From Camelus dromedarius (Eukaryota), in the NCBI RefSeq assembly GCF_036321535.1, contig NC_087436.1:23996001-24060000 (forward strand): DNA of 64,000 bases, in the 5' to 3' direction. Below, piece after piece: positions 51,601 to 62,600 of this stretch. The notes beneath the pieces are model-generated. The model ran no database searches. It saw nothing but the letters and a program-made list of their open reading frames with translations, and was not told where the DNA came from. How positions within the stretch are numbered: the stretch's first letter is position 1; each line of letters begins with the position of its first letter. The translations under genes were made by a program, and so were the position numbers.

Positions 51601-54472
51601 GCAGCACCATTTACAATGGCCAATACATGGAAACAACCTAAATGTCCATCAACAGATGACTGGATAAAGATGTTGTGAACACCCATTTATGATAAAAACT
51701 TTCACCAAAGTGGGTATAGAGGGAACATATCTCAACATCATAAAAGCTATATATGACAAACCTACGGCCAGCATAGTACTCAATGGTGAAAAACTCAAAA
51801 GCTTCCCACTAAAATCTGGGACAAGACAAGGCTGCCCACTATCACCACACCTATTCAACATAGTCTTGGAAGTCCTAGCCACAGCAGTCAGGCAAGAGAG
51901 AGAAATAAAAGGGATTCAATGGGAAAGAAGAGGTAAAAGTGTCACTATATGCCAATGACATGTTACTATATATAGAAAACCCTAAAAGGTCCACACAAAA
52001 ACTACTAGAGCTGATTGAAGAATTCAGCAAGGTAGCAGGTTACAAGATTAACGTTCAAAAATCAGTTGCATTTCTTTACACTAACGATGAATCAACAGAA
52101 AAAGAAAATAAAGAAACAATCCCCTTTAAAATAGCACCCAAAGTAATAAAATACCTAGGAATAACTCTAACCAAGGAGGTGAAAGAATTATACACAGAAA
52201 ACTATAAACCATTGATGAAGGAAATTAAAGACGACTTTAAAAAACGGAAAGATATCCCATGCTCCTGGATTGGAAGAATCAATATTGTTAAAATGGTCAC
52301 ACTGCCCAAGGAAATCTACAGATTTAATGCAATCCCTATCAAATTACCCAGGACATATTTCACAGAACTAGAACAAATCATAATAAAATTTATATGGAAC
52401 CACAAAAGACCTAAAAATTGCCAAAGCATTACTGGAGAGAAAGAAAGAGGCTAGAGGACTAACTCTCCCAGACTTCAGACAATACTATAGAGCCACAGTC
52501 ATCAAGACAGCATGGTATTGGTACAAAAACAGACATATAGACCAATGGAACAGAATAGAGAGCCCAGAAATGAACCCACAAACTTTTGGTCAACTTATCT
52601 TCGACAAAGGAGGCAAGAATATACAGTGGAATAAAGACAGTCTCTTCAGCAAATGGTGTTGGGAAAACTGGAGAGCAGCATGTAAAGCAATGAAGCTAGA
52701 ACACTCCCTTACACCATACACAAAAATAAACTCAAAATGGATCAAAGACTTAAACATAAGACAAGACACAATAAACCTAGAAGAAAATATAGGCAAAACA
52801 TTATCTGACGTACATCTCAAAAATGTTCTCCTAGAACAGTCTACTCAAGCAATAGAAATAAAAGAATAAACAAATGGGACCTAATGAAACTTACAAGCTT
52901 CTGCACAGCAAAGGAAACCATAAGTAAAACAAAAATACAACCTACGGAATGGGAGAAAATTTTTGCAAATGAAACTGACAAAGGCTTGATCTCCAGAATA
53001 TATAAGCAGCTCCTACGACTTAATGAGAAGCAACCAAAAAACTCAATCCAAAAATGGGCAAAAGACCTAAACAAGCAATTCTCCAAGGAAGACATACAAA
53101 TGATCAATAGACACATGAAAAAATGCTCAGTATCACTAATTATCAGAGAAATGCAAATCAAAACTACAATGAGGTACCACCTCACACCAGTCAGAATGGC
53201 CAACATTCAAAAATCCACAAATGACAAATGCTGGAGAGGCTGTGGAGAAAGGGGAACCCTCCTACACTGCTGGTGGGAATGCAGTTTGGTGCAGCCACTG
53301 TGGAAAACAGTATGGAGATTCCTCAAAAGACTAGGAATAGACTTACCATATGACCCAGGAATCCCACTCCTGAGCATATATCCAGAAGGAACCCTACTTC
53401 AGGATGACACCTGCACCCCAATGTTCACAGCAGCACTATTTACAATAGCCAAGACATGGAAACAGCCTAAATGTCCATCAACAGGTGACTGGATAAAGAA
53501 GAAGTGGTATATTTATACAATGGAATACTACTCAGCCATAAAAGCTGACAACATAACACCATTTGCAGCAACATGGATGTTCCTGGAGAATGTCATTCTA
53601 AGTGAAGTAAGCCAGAAAGAGAAAGAAAAATACCATATGAGATCACTCATATGTGGAATCCAAAAACAAAACAAAACATAATACAAAACAGAAACAGACT
53701 CATAGACATAGAATACAAACTTGTGGTTGCCAAGGGGGCGGGGGGTGGGAAGGGACAGAGTGGGATTTCAAAATGTAGAGCAGATAAACAAGATTATACT
53801 GTATAGCACAGGGAAATATATACAAGATTTTGTGGTAGCTCTCAGCAAAAAAAAAATGTGACAATAAATATATATATATGTTCGTATATAACTGAAAAAT
53901 TGTGCTTTACATTGGAATTTGACACAACATTGTAAAATGACTATAACTCAATAAAAAATGTTTAAAAAAAAGATTTGTGGTATATTTATACAATGGAATA
54001 CTACTGAGCTGTAAAAAAAAGTAATAAAATAATGCCATTTGCAGAAACATGGATGGACCTGGAGATTGTCATTCTAAGTGAAGTAAGCCAGAAAGAGAAA
54101 GAAAAATACCATACCGTATTACTTACATGTGGACTCTAAAAAAAAAAAAAAAAAAAGATAAAGTTTTTTACAAAACAGAAACAGACTCACAGACACAGAA
54201 AACAAACTTACGGTTACCAGCGGGGAAGGGGGTGGGAATGGATAAATTGGGAGCTCAAGATTTGCAGATACTAACATATATATATATATATAAAATTGAT
54301 AAACAAGTTCATACTGTACTATATTCAATATCTTGCAGTAACTTACAGTGAAAAGGAATATGAAAACGAGTATGTGTATGTTCACGTATGACTGAGGCAT
54401 TATGCTGTACGCCAGAAGTTGACACAACATTGTAAACGGACTATACTTCAATAAATAAATAAATAAACCCCC
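48660..54472 (+). mobile_element. L1-F: 5'-truncated LINE-1 (ORF2 from late EN to 3' UTR), interrupted by L1-G
   Basis: ORF2 peptides from 48732 to 51678; TSD AAAATTCCAT(G/A)AA at 48647-48659 and 54473-54485. Confidence 0.9.
51678..53968 (+). mobile_element. L1-G: younger 5'-truncated LINE-1 nested in L1-F
   Basis: RT and C-terminal peptides (51689..51958, 51939..52454, 52570..52869, 52884..53681); TSD AAAGAT(G)TTGTG at 51666-51677 and 53969-53979. Confidence 0.9.
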
Positions 54473-54893
54473 AAAATTCCATAAAAACAAAAATTGTCAG
54501 ATTCTCATTAGATGTTAATGATGATTGAAGGCTCTGAGCAGGAGATCCTTCCTCTGCTGAGTGGGGGAAATGGGGTCCAAGAGGTGTCAAGAATACATTG
54601 AGGACTTCCAGCTAAACGTAGCAAAATAAATCCATGTTTATTTTTTCTCCCTCCCAAAGCTTCACTAAAATGCCAATAAAGGAATAAAAAATAGATACAA
54701 AGTTTTCAAGAACAAGGGAAATGGGAGCAGACACAGCAGTGGAAGAGAGATGGTAACAAAGTTCTTAAGGAAAGCCAGCACGTGGTGAACAGTAGCTGAA
54801 TTGATAGAGCGCAGAAAACTAAACCAAAGTGCCCGCAGGAGGAAGAACAAACCAAGACTGAGACAGTACTTATCCCAGAACCCAAGAGGCTCA

Positions 54894-55209
54894 GGAAGCG
54901 GGGGCCCAGGCCCCTTGGAGGCCAATGCCTGATACGAAGAGTTGCTGAAAGACAACTTTTTTTTTTTTACAAAGGAGGGCTTTGGCTCCACTCCACCCCT
55001 GAGCCCCATCCCTATTCCTCCATCATAGGAAATGGGGGGATTATTGTTTGGAAGCGGGGGCCCAGGCCCCTTGGAGGCCAATGCCTGATACGAAGAGTTG
55101 CTGAAAGACAACATTACTTTTTTTTACAAAGGAGGGCTTTGGCTCCACTCCACCCCTGAGCCCCATCCCTATTCCTCCATCATAGGAAATGGGGGGATTA
55201 TTGTTTGGA
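54894..55209. repeat. Near-perfect 156/157-bp tandem duplication
   Basis: 54894-55049 repeated at 55050-55206; by eye differs only at the T-run; GGA microhomology at the junction. Confidence 0.95.
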
Positions 55210-55644
55210 GAAACTGAACCAGAGAATCTCTGAGAGCTCCAGGACCAGTGGAGGGTGGGGGTAAAATTCTGTACTGAACAAATCCACATACTGCACAGTG
55301 GAAGAATTTTCCTTCCTTCACCCACCGCATTGTCAGACTACTGTAAGTCAGGCCTATGATACCTACCCTTCTCCATCACCACTCACTCTCTCCTCCCTTG
55401 TAGAAGGGTTAAGGGCGTTTTCTAGAGAAATGGTCCCAGAAAGATGACCTACAGATACTGACGTTTGGGGTCCCCCCAGAAGACAGCTGCCTCCTAATCC
55501 ATCACCCTTTTATGAAGCTGCCCACCCAGTAAGCCCTGCCCACCACATGGAGCTCCCAGTTCACTACCTAGTGTCTCTTTCTTAGATTGCATAGACAGCC
55601 AATCAAGAATGACCTGACATTTGAGTAAGGCTTCCAGAATCTCT

Positions 55645-56910
55645 TTTGCTCAGATCTCCTTGCTGGACCTTTGTTTTCTTGGCCTCATAAGGCTAGAGGG
55701 CCCCAGGTTCAGTCCTTGGTCCTCTCCTTGTCTTTACCTACACCCACTCCCTTAAAGATTTCATCCAGTCTCATGGCTTTAAATCATCTCCATGTGCCAA
55801 TGACTTACGAATTTATATTTTCAGCTCAGATCTCTCTGCTAAAATGCAGATTAGTATATACAACTGTCTACTCTCTATCTCTGCCTGGCTGTGTAAGCCA
55901 AAATGTGTTAGAAAGTTTACGATGCAGTAACAAATGATCCAAATTGCTTAGGAGAGCATAATGTTTAAAGCTTCTCCTTAGCTGTACCATAAGTCATATC
56001 TCCTGATCTCCCCCCCCCCCCAAAACTGCTCCTCCTGCAGCCTTCTCTGACTCAGTTAATCACAATTCCATCCTTCAAAATGCTCAGGCCAAAAATCTGG
56101 AAGTTGTTCTTAACTCTTCTCACCCTCCATATTTATTATTTCAGGGAATCCTATTGGCTCTACCCTCAAAATATATCCAGAATCTGCCACATTTCATCAT
56201 CTCTACTGCTACTTTCCTGGTTCAAGTCACTATCATCCCTTGCCTGAGTTTTTGCAGTAGCTTCCTCACTGAATTTTCTGCTTCTATCAATGCCTACAGA
56301 CTATTCTCAGCAAAACAGATAAAGTGAGCCATTTAAAATATAAGATCATGTTATTCCTCTGCTTAAAATCCTGTAATGAATTTCCATTTCAGTCAGAGAA
56401 AAAGCCAGAGTCCTCACAATGGCCTTCAAGGCCCTGCCTGATCTGACCATCCATTACGTTTCTGACTGTCCCTCCCATCACTCTGCTGGCTTCCTCTCTC
56501 TGCCACACTAACTTCTTGAGAACTCACAAGGCTATTTCTTCTGTCTCAAGAGCAACTGTCCTGCATGTCCACATAGCTAACTCCTTCACCTGCTTCAAAT
56601 TTTTGCTCAAGTGCCACCTTCTCAGTGGAGCCCACACTGACTACCCCATTCAAATTACAAGCCACCCCACATCCCCTCAAATGCTTTCCTTTTTCTGGTA
56701 TTTCTTAACACTTACTACCCCCTTACATAGAGTATTATTTTCTTATGGTATTATCTGCTTTTTGTTCATTGCCTGTCTTCCCTGGCTATAAGGTAAACTT
56801 GAAGAGGGCAAGGATCTTTGTTGAGTCATCCACTACTATATCCCAAGCTACCAGAACAATGCCTAATATGTAGAGGTACTCAGAAAATATTTAATGGGTG
56901 AATAATAAAT
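55645..56910 (+). mobile_element. L2 (L2a-like) fragment
   Basis: catccagtctcatggctttaaat, ctctaccctcaaaatatatccagaatc, and 3' end actcagaaaatatttaatgggtgaat. Confidence 0.8.
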
Positions 56911-56935
56911 AAAAATTAAAGACAGGGCCAAAGGA

Positions 56936-57807
56936 AGTCAGAATGGCCATCAGTAAAAAGTCCACAAATGATAAATGCTGGAGACAGTGTGGAGAAAAGG
57001 GAACGCTCTTACACTGCTGGTGGGAATGTAGTTTGGTGCAGCCATATGGAAACACTATGGAGATTCCTCAAAAAACTAAAAACAGATTTACCACATGATC
57101 CAGCAATTCCACTCCTAGGCATACATCCCGAGGGAACTAATTTGAAAAGATACATGCACCCCAATGTTCATAGCAGTGCTATGTACAAAAGCCAAGACAT
57201 GGAAACAACCTAAATGTCCATCAACAGATGATTGGATAAAGAAGTTGTGGTATATATATGCAAAGGAATACTACTTAGTGACAAAAAAGTATAAAATAGT
57301 GCCATTTTCAGCAACATGAATGGACCTGGAGATTGTCATTCTAAGTGAAGTCAGCTAGAAAGAGAAAGAAAAATACCATATGATATCACCCATATGTGAA
57401 ACCTGAAAAAAAAAAAGGAAGAATAAAGAAAGAAAGAAGACACTAATAAACTTAGCTACAAAAAAAAAAAACAGACTTGCAGACATAGTAAACAAACTTA
57501 TGGTTATTGGGGAAGGAGGTGGGAAGGGATCAGTTTGGGAGTTTGAGATTTGCAAATGTTAAACACTATATATAGAAAGATAAACAAATTTCTTCTGTAT
57601 AGTACATGGAACTATATTCAATATCTTGTAATAACCTTTAATGAAAGAATATGAAAACAAATGTGTATGTGTGTGTGTGTGTGTATATATATATGTATAT
57701 ATATATATACATGCAAGACTGGGACATTATGCTGTACACCAGAAGTTGACACATTGTAACTGACTATACTTCAACTTAAAACAATTTTAAAAATTAAAAA
57801 AAAAAAA
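56936..57807 (+). mobile_element. 5'-truncated LINE-1 3' end
   Basis: Perfect 18-bp TSD AAAGACAGGGCCAAAGGA at 56918-56935 and 57808-57825; A-tail. Confidence 0.92.
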
Positions 57808-57891
57808 AAAGACAGGGCCAAAGGAGAAAAATAAGAAACCTAGAAGAAACAAGAGATGATAAAGGAAGATTGTTTTTAAAACAGTATCATT

Positions 57892-57979
57892 GGGGGAAGA
57901 GAAATAACTCAGTGGTAGAGTGCGTGCTTGGCACGCCTGAAGTCTTAGGTACAATAACCAGTACCTCCATTAAAAAAAA
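57892..57979 (+). mobile_element. Camelid tRNA-derived SINE (Vic-1-like)
   Basis: ggggg..taactcagtggtagagtgcgtgcttggcacg..ggtacaataaccagtacctcca plus A-tail; A and B boxes degenerate. Confidence 0.8.
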
Positions 57980-59422
57980 TTTATATAAATCCTCAGATAT
58001 AAGAGAATAAATTGCACCCATGAGACAAAAAAGGAATGCTATAACAGCAGCAGCAACAAGAACTAAAGAACAATCAAAGAATTGAAAATTCTTAGGAATT
58101 AAAATTCACATCTGAAATTTTTTTTAAAAAATCAGTAAGAGGTTAGAGGTTCAAGAAATCCCAGAGAGAACAAAAGTCCAAGAAGACGAAAAACTCAAGA
58201 TAAATCTAAAGGATCAATCCAGAAGGTCAACTTACAACTAATATATATTTTAAGAATGAAAGAACAGAGAAAATAAGGAGACAAAATTTAGGGGTATTTT
58301 AAAATATTCTAGAAAAGAAGGACATGAGTTTTCAGACTTTGAGAAAGCCACCTCTAGGGTTCAGCATAGCGAAGAAAAATACCTCTGAGCAAACACAACA
58401 CCATAACATCTTAGGACACTCGATCAGGGGAAGATCCCAAAGCTTCTACAGTTTCCAAGCAAAGGATCAGGAATCAGAACAGAACACCTCAACAATATCA
58501 GTGGAAATTAGATAATAATGAAACAATGTATTCAAAATTCTGAGGGTACGGATTTTTACTGTAGAAATGCCTAACCAAGCCATGAATCAACTGTGAGGCA
58601 GAATTAAGACATATTCAGAAATTCCAAAACCTGACATTCCCCTTCTCTCAGAAAGTGTCTGGAGGGTGTACTCCATCAAAACAAAGAAAAACCAACAAAC
58701 AGGATGATATGAGATCCAGGAAACAAGAGATCCAAATCAGTAGAGTATAACAGAACTTCCTAAGATGTTAACAGGAAGTCCTAGGATGACAACCGTATAA
58801 CAGACCTAAAGAGCAACCTCCAGATTGCAGCATAAAGAAACTAACCAACCAAATAAACAAAGAGGCAATTATTAACCCCAGGTAAAACAAAAAAATATAC
58901 AAGAAGGAAATTTAATCATAGTATACCACTTGATTCAGCTTTGAACATTATTTAATCACAATAACATAAACATTGGCTATGGGTTTAGCTCAACAAAGTG
59001 ATATAATTTTACTGGAAGGATGAGGTGAAGAAAAAAGGAAACAGAGGAGTATGAAATTCTTCCATAAAAGGAAGTCAATTGATAATGTCTAAAATTTGTG
59101 AATCAATAAATAGCAGTGAACTCAATAGTATTTAGAAATACAGAAATAAATACCAAAAGTAGTAGTCAAAAGGAATGTCACGGGTTATCTCTAGGGATGG
59201 ACTGGGGGTCAGGAGAATTATTTGTTGTTATAAGGCTTATAATCTCACTTTATTTTCAGACTACATACATGGATTACCCTAATAAAAATAAATATTAATT
59301 TTGGGGTGTGGGACATATTGGCACCAAACCAATACTTTCCACTTAATATAACCATAAAGATTCAAAGATACTGGAAATGAATTTCTCATCATGGGGTCCA
59401 ATATTATTTAAAATAATACCTT

Positions 59423-60192
59423 TTTTTCATTTTTCAGTTTTATTAGGTAGAATTGTTACAGTCTGACTGCAGATATACAATATATTGCATATAAATACAC
59501 ATATACAATATACTGCACATATTTTTAAACTTACATATATGTACTGTTCAATGTTTCTAAGAACGTTTAGAGCTTTAGGTTTTTAAACTTACATAGTTAT
59601 CAAAGGAATAAAGCCAATCACAAAATAAGAATTCAAAAACATACATACACCCTGCTATTAATAGCAACATTATTTATAATTGCCAAAATATGGAAGCACC
59701 CTAAGTACACCTCAATAGATGAATGGATAAAGAAGATGCAACATATATCTGTAATAGAATACAACTCACCCATAAGAAGGATATTTTGCCATTTGCAGCC
59801 CTTCATTCACTTTTTTTTCACTTCAAAAACCAGAATTTTATAACAGGCATAAACATTTCCACTGCATCAAAAACAACAAAATACCTAGAAATAAACTTAA
59901 CCAAGGAGATTACCTATACTCTGAAAACTGTTAAAACATTGATGAAGAAAACTGAAGATGATACAAAGAAATGGAAAGATATTTTGTGCTCTTGGATTGG
60001 AAGAATCAACATCATCAAAATGGCCGTACTACCCAAAGCAATCTACAGATCCAATGCAACCCCTGTCAAAATACTCATGACATTTTTCACAGAACCAGAA
60101 CAAACAATTCCAAAATGTATATGGAACCATAAAAGACCCCGAACTGCCAAAGCAATCTTTTGTAGGTCTTTTTTTTCTCTTTCTTCTTTTTG
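59423..60192 (-). mobile_element. Element D2: second, more 5'-truncated copy of the composite element D
   Basis: Same tail, antisense-ORF2, linker, antisense-ORF2 order as 22768-23520; own TSD TTTAAAATAATACCTT (59407-59422) / TTTAAAACCATATCTT (60193-60208). Confidence 0.85.
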
Positions 60193-60215
60193 TTTAAAAC
60201 CATATCTTGAACATA

Positions 60216-60353
60216 ATGTTTCAGTCGAGTAAGATGAATAAGCTCTAGAGATCTGCTGTAAAACATTGCACCTCTAGTCAACAGTCATGTATTACACTCA
60301 GAATTTAGTTAACAGGGTAGAGCTCATGTCACATGTTCTTACCACATAAAAAA
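60216..60353 (+). mobile_element. L1MA-type 3' UTR fragment
   Basis: taagatgaataagctctagagatctgctgt...gttcttaccaca. Confidence 0.65.
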
Positions 60354-60989
60354 TATATTTAAGCATGTCTATGCACCTCTTAAAATTATCTCTTGTACTG
60401 TCAGTGGTATTCATACTTTCAAGCTTAGGGAATAGTGTGTGCCATTCTCCTTAGAGCAATTCGATAAGCAAGAGACCAATGTCGTCAGCTCAAGGGCCAC
60501 AACAGACCCAAGCTGATTCAAGACATTAAAAAGCCTGAATAATTTCATAATCATTAAAGAAGTCAAATCTCATAGTTTAAACTTTTTCACAAGAAAAACA
60601 TCAAATCTAGATCATTTTACAGGCAAATTCTAACAACTCTTAAAGGAACACACTCTTCCAATCTTATCAGAATTCTCTGAGAAAATAATTCTCTAATTCA
60701 TTCTGTGAGACTAGTATAATCTTGATATCAAAGTGAGCAAGGACTATAAAAAAAAGGAAAATTATAGTCCAACGTCATTCATGAACAAAGATGAAAAATC
60801 CCAAAGTATTAACGAAAGAACTAAGCAATGTATAAATGTTGATATGTGCAATGTTTTTAAAAGCACTTGGTTTGGGAGATTAAATACAAAGGAAGCCTAG
60901 CATCTTGCAGCAGGCAAATTTATACTGAAACATACTGTGTGGATTTGAAAAGGCAAGGAGCACAGGGTGATCAAAAACACTACGAACAC

Positions 60990-61195
60990 ATTGGGAATAG
61001 CAGATACAAACTACTATACACAAAATAGATAAACAACAAGGTCCTACTGTATAGCACAGGGAACTATATTCAATATCTTGTAATAATCTATAATGAAAAA
61101 GAATGTGTGTACATATATATATATATGTACAACCGAATCACTATGCTGTACACCAGAAATAACATACTATAAATCAACAATACTTCAAAAAAAAA
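60990..61195 (+). mobile_element. Short L1 3' end (same type as 12009-12250)
   Basis: aaacaacaaggtcctactgtatagcacagggaactatattcaatatcttgtaata; A-tail. Confidence 0.8.
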
Positions 61196-61671
61196 ACCCA
61201 CTATCAATGCAAATACATACGAAATAGAAAGCTTTCTCATTTCTTCGGGTTTCTGATTTTAGGAAATGGTTCATGGGCAGAGGATGATACTGACCTATCT
61301 CTGTTTTGAAGTGGAGAGGAAGAGATAAAGCTTTCAGATGGAAAACTGATAGCATAACAAATCCAACATAAGGCTACTGAACTCTCAGGGGGCCCCCTCC
61401 AGGCTTTTTTACCAAACTGCCATGCTTAGAGACATAGAGCAGTCACCTCTAAGATCCCAGCTTTCTGTGTAAATGTACCCTCTGAATTTGTAATATAGGT
61501 GGGTAGAAACTCCATGTGCTGACTACTTCAAGCCTCAAGGATCACAATAAGGGTCTTGGCCGTGAAGAGTGGTTTGTTTTATCAGCATACCTTCTCTGCA
61601 CATCTTTCCCCTAATTAGGAATTATGCGTATGTGGCAGGTACATATCCCTGAAGGGAGAAGCATTACTCAC

Positions 61672-61771
61672 TGTGCACGAAATATTCTCTCAAATTCCAG
61701 TGACCCAGAGACTGCCGGGGGTATAACTTTGTATTTTGATCTTGCCTTTCCTACCTGCAAAGCAAAATAAC
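61672..61771 (-). CDS. MGST2: MGST2 exon 2
   Basis: (S)[32 protein letters not shown](Q); ttacttgcAG / GTgagt; 100 nt; MAPEG FERxxRAQ motif. Confidence 0.95.
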
Positions 61772-61885
61772 CTGCAAGTAAAGAGGAATGAACATTAAAA
61801 ATATGGCACATCATTATTCATTAGTAAAATGCAAATTTAAACCACATCTAGATACCACGACATACCTATTGAAACGTCTAAATTT

Positions 61886-62000
61886 GGTCGGGAGGATTAG
61901 GTTTTTTTACTTTATTATTTTAATGGAGGTACTGGAGACTGAATCTAGGACCTTGTGCGTGCTAAGCGCGCACTCTACCATGGAGCTATACCGTCCCCCT
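61886..62000 (-). mobile_element. Vic-1-like SINE
   Basis: Reverse complement ggggacggtatagctccatggtagagtgcgcgcttagcacg...cagtacctcca; TSD AAA(C/T)GT(C/T)TAAATTT at 61872-61885 and 62002-62015. Confidence 0.85.
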
Positions 62001-62229
62001 AAAATGTTTAAATTTAAAAAGACATCACACCAACTGAAAAAGGTGAGGATACAAGAACAACTGGAGTTCTCATACTCTACTGGTGGGAATGTAAAAAGGT
62101 ACAAACACTTTGGAAAACCATTTGGGAGGAATCTGTTAGTCAGATATACACTGACTACATGATTCAGTCATTCCACAACTAGATATTTTCCTAAGAGAAA
62201 TGAAATCATATGCCTATACAAATACTTGC

Positions 62230-62600
62230 TAGCATCTGGTCAAACACCAGTCTAGATGTTGCTGTGAAGGTATTTTTTAGATGTGATAAACATTTACATC
62301 AGCAGAGTCTGAGTAAAGCAGATTACCCTCCATGCTGTGGATGGGTCCCACCTACTCAGTTAAAGGTCTTAAAAAAGAGTCTAAGGTCCCCCAAAGAGAA
62401 AAGGATTTTACCTCCCTTTGGACCCAGGACTGTAATATCAACTGTTGGAATTTCCAGCTTTCCAACCTGCCCTGTAAATTTCAGACTTGCCAGCCCCAAC
62501 TATTACATGAGCTAATTTCTTAAAACAGATGTAAAAAAAAAAAAAAAAGGTGTGTGTGTGTACCCTATTGGTTCAACTCCTCTGGAGAACCCTAACACAA
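62230..62600 (+). mobile_element. ERVL LTR (MLT2-like) fragment within an old L1M (~61790-62890)
   Basis: ggtcaaacaccagtctagatgttgctgtgaagg...gagtaaagcagattaccctcc...cctattggttc..tctggagaaccctaa. Confidence 0.75.

Larger units (their letters stand above)
54590..59300 (+). mobile_element. Ancient HAL1-like element, fragmented by L2, L1 and SINE insertions
   Basis: caagaatgacctgacatttgagtaaggc (~55605) continues as aaagacagggccaaa...tatcatt...atcctcag..ataagagaa..attgcacccatga (57808-58025); decayed ORF1 followed directly by a 3' end with aataaaaataaa at ~59281, with no ORF2. Confidence 0.6.

Noticed and set aside
51689..53681. Active L1 ORF2
   Set aside because: 5'-truncated and broken by several frameshifts.
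54665..55114. 149-aa ORF with an internal repeat
   Set aside because: Produced by the tandem duplication; no coding evidence.
57892..57979. tRNA gene (also 61886-62000)
   Set aside because: Degenerate boxes, A-rich tails, and a TSD at the second copy indicate SINEs.
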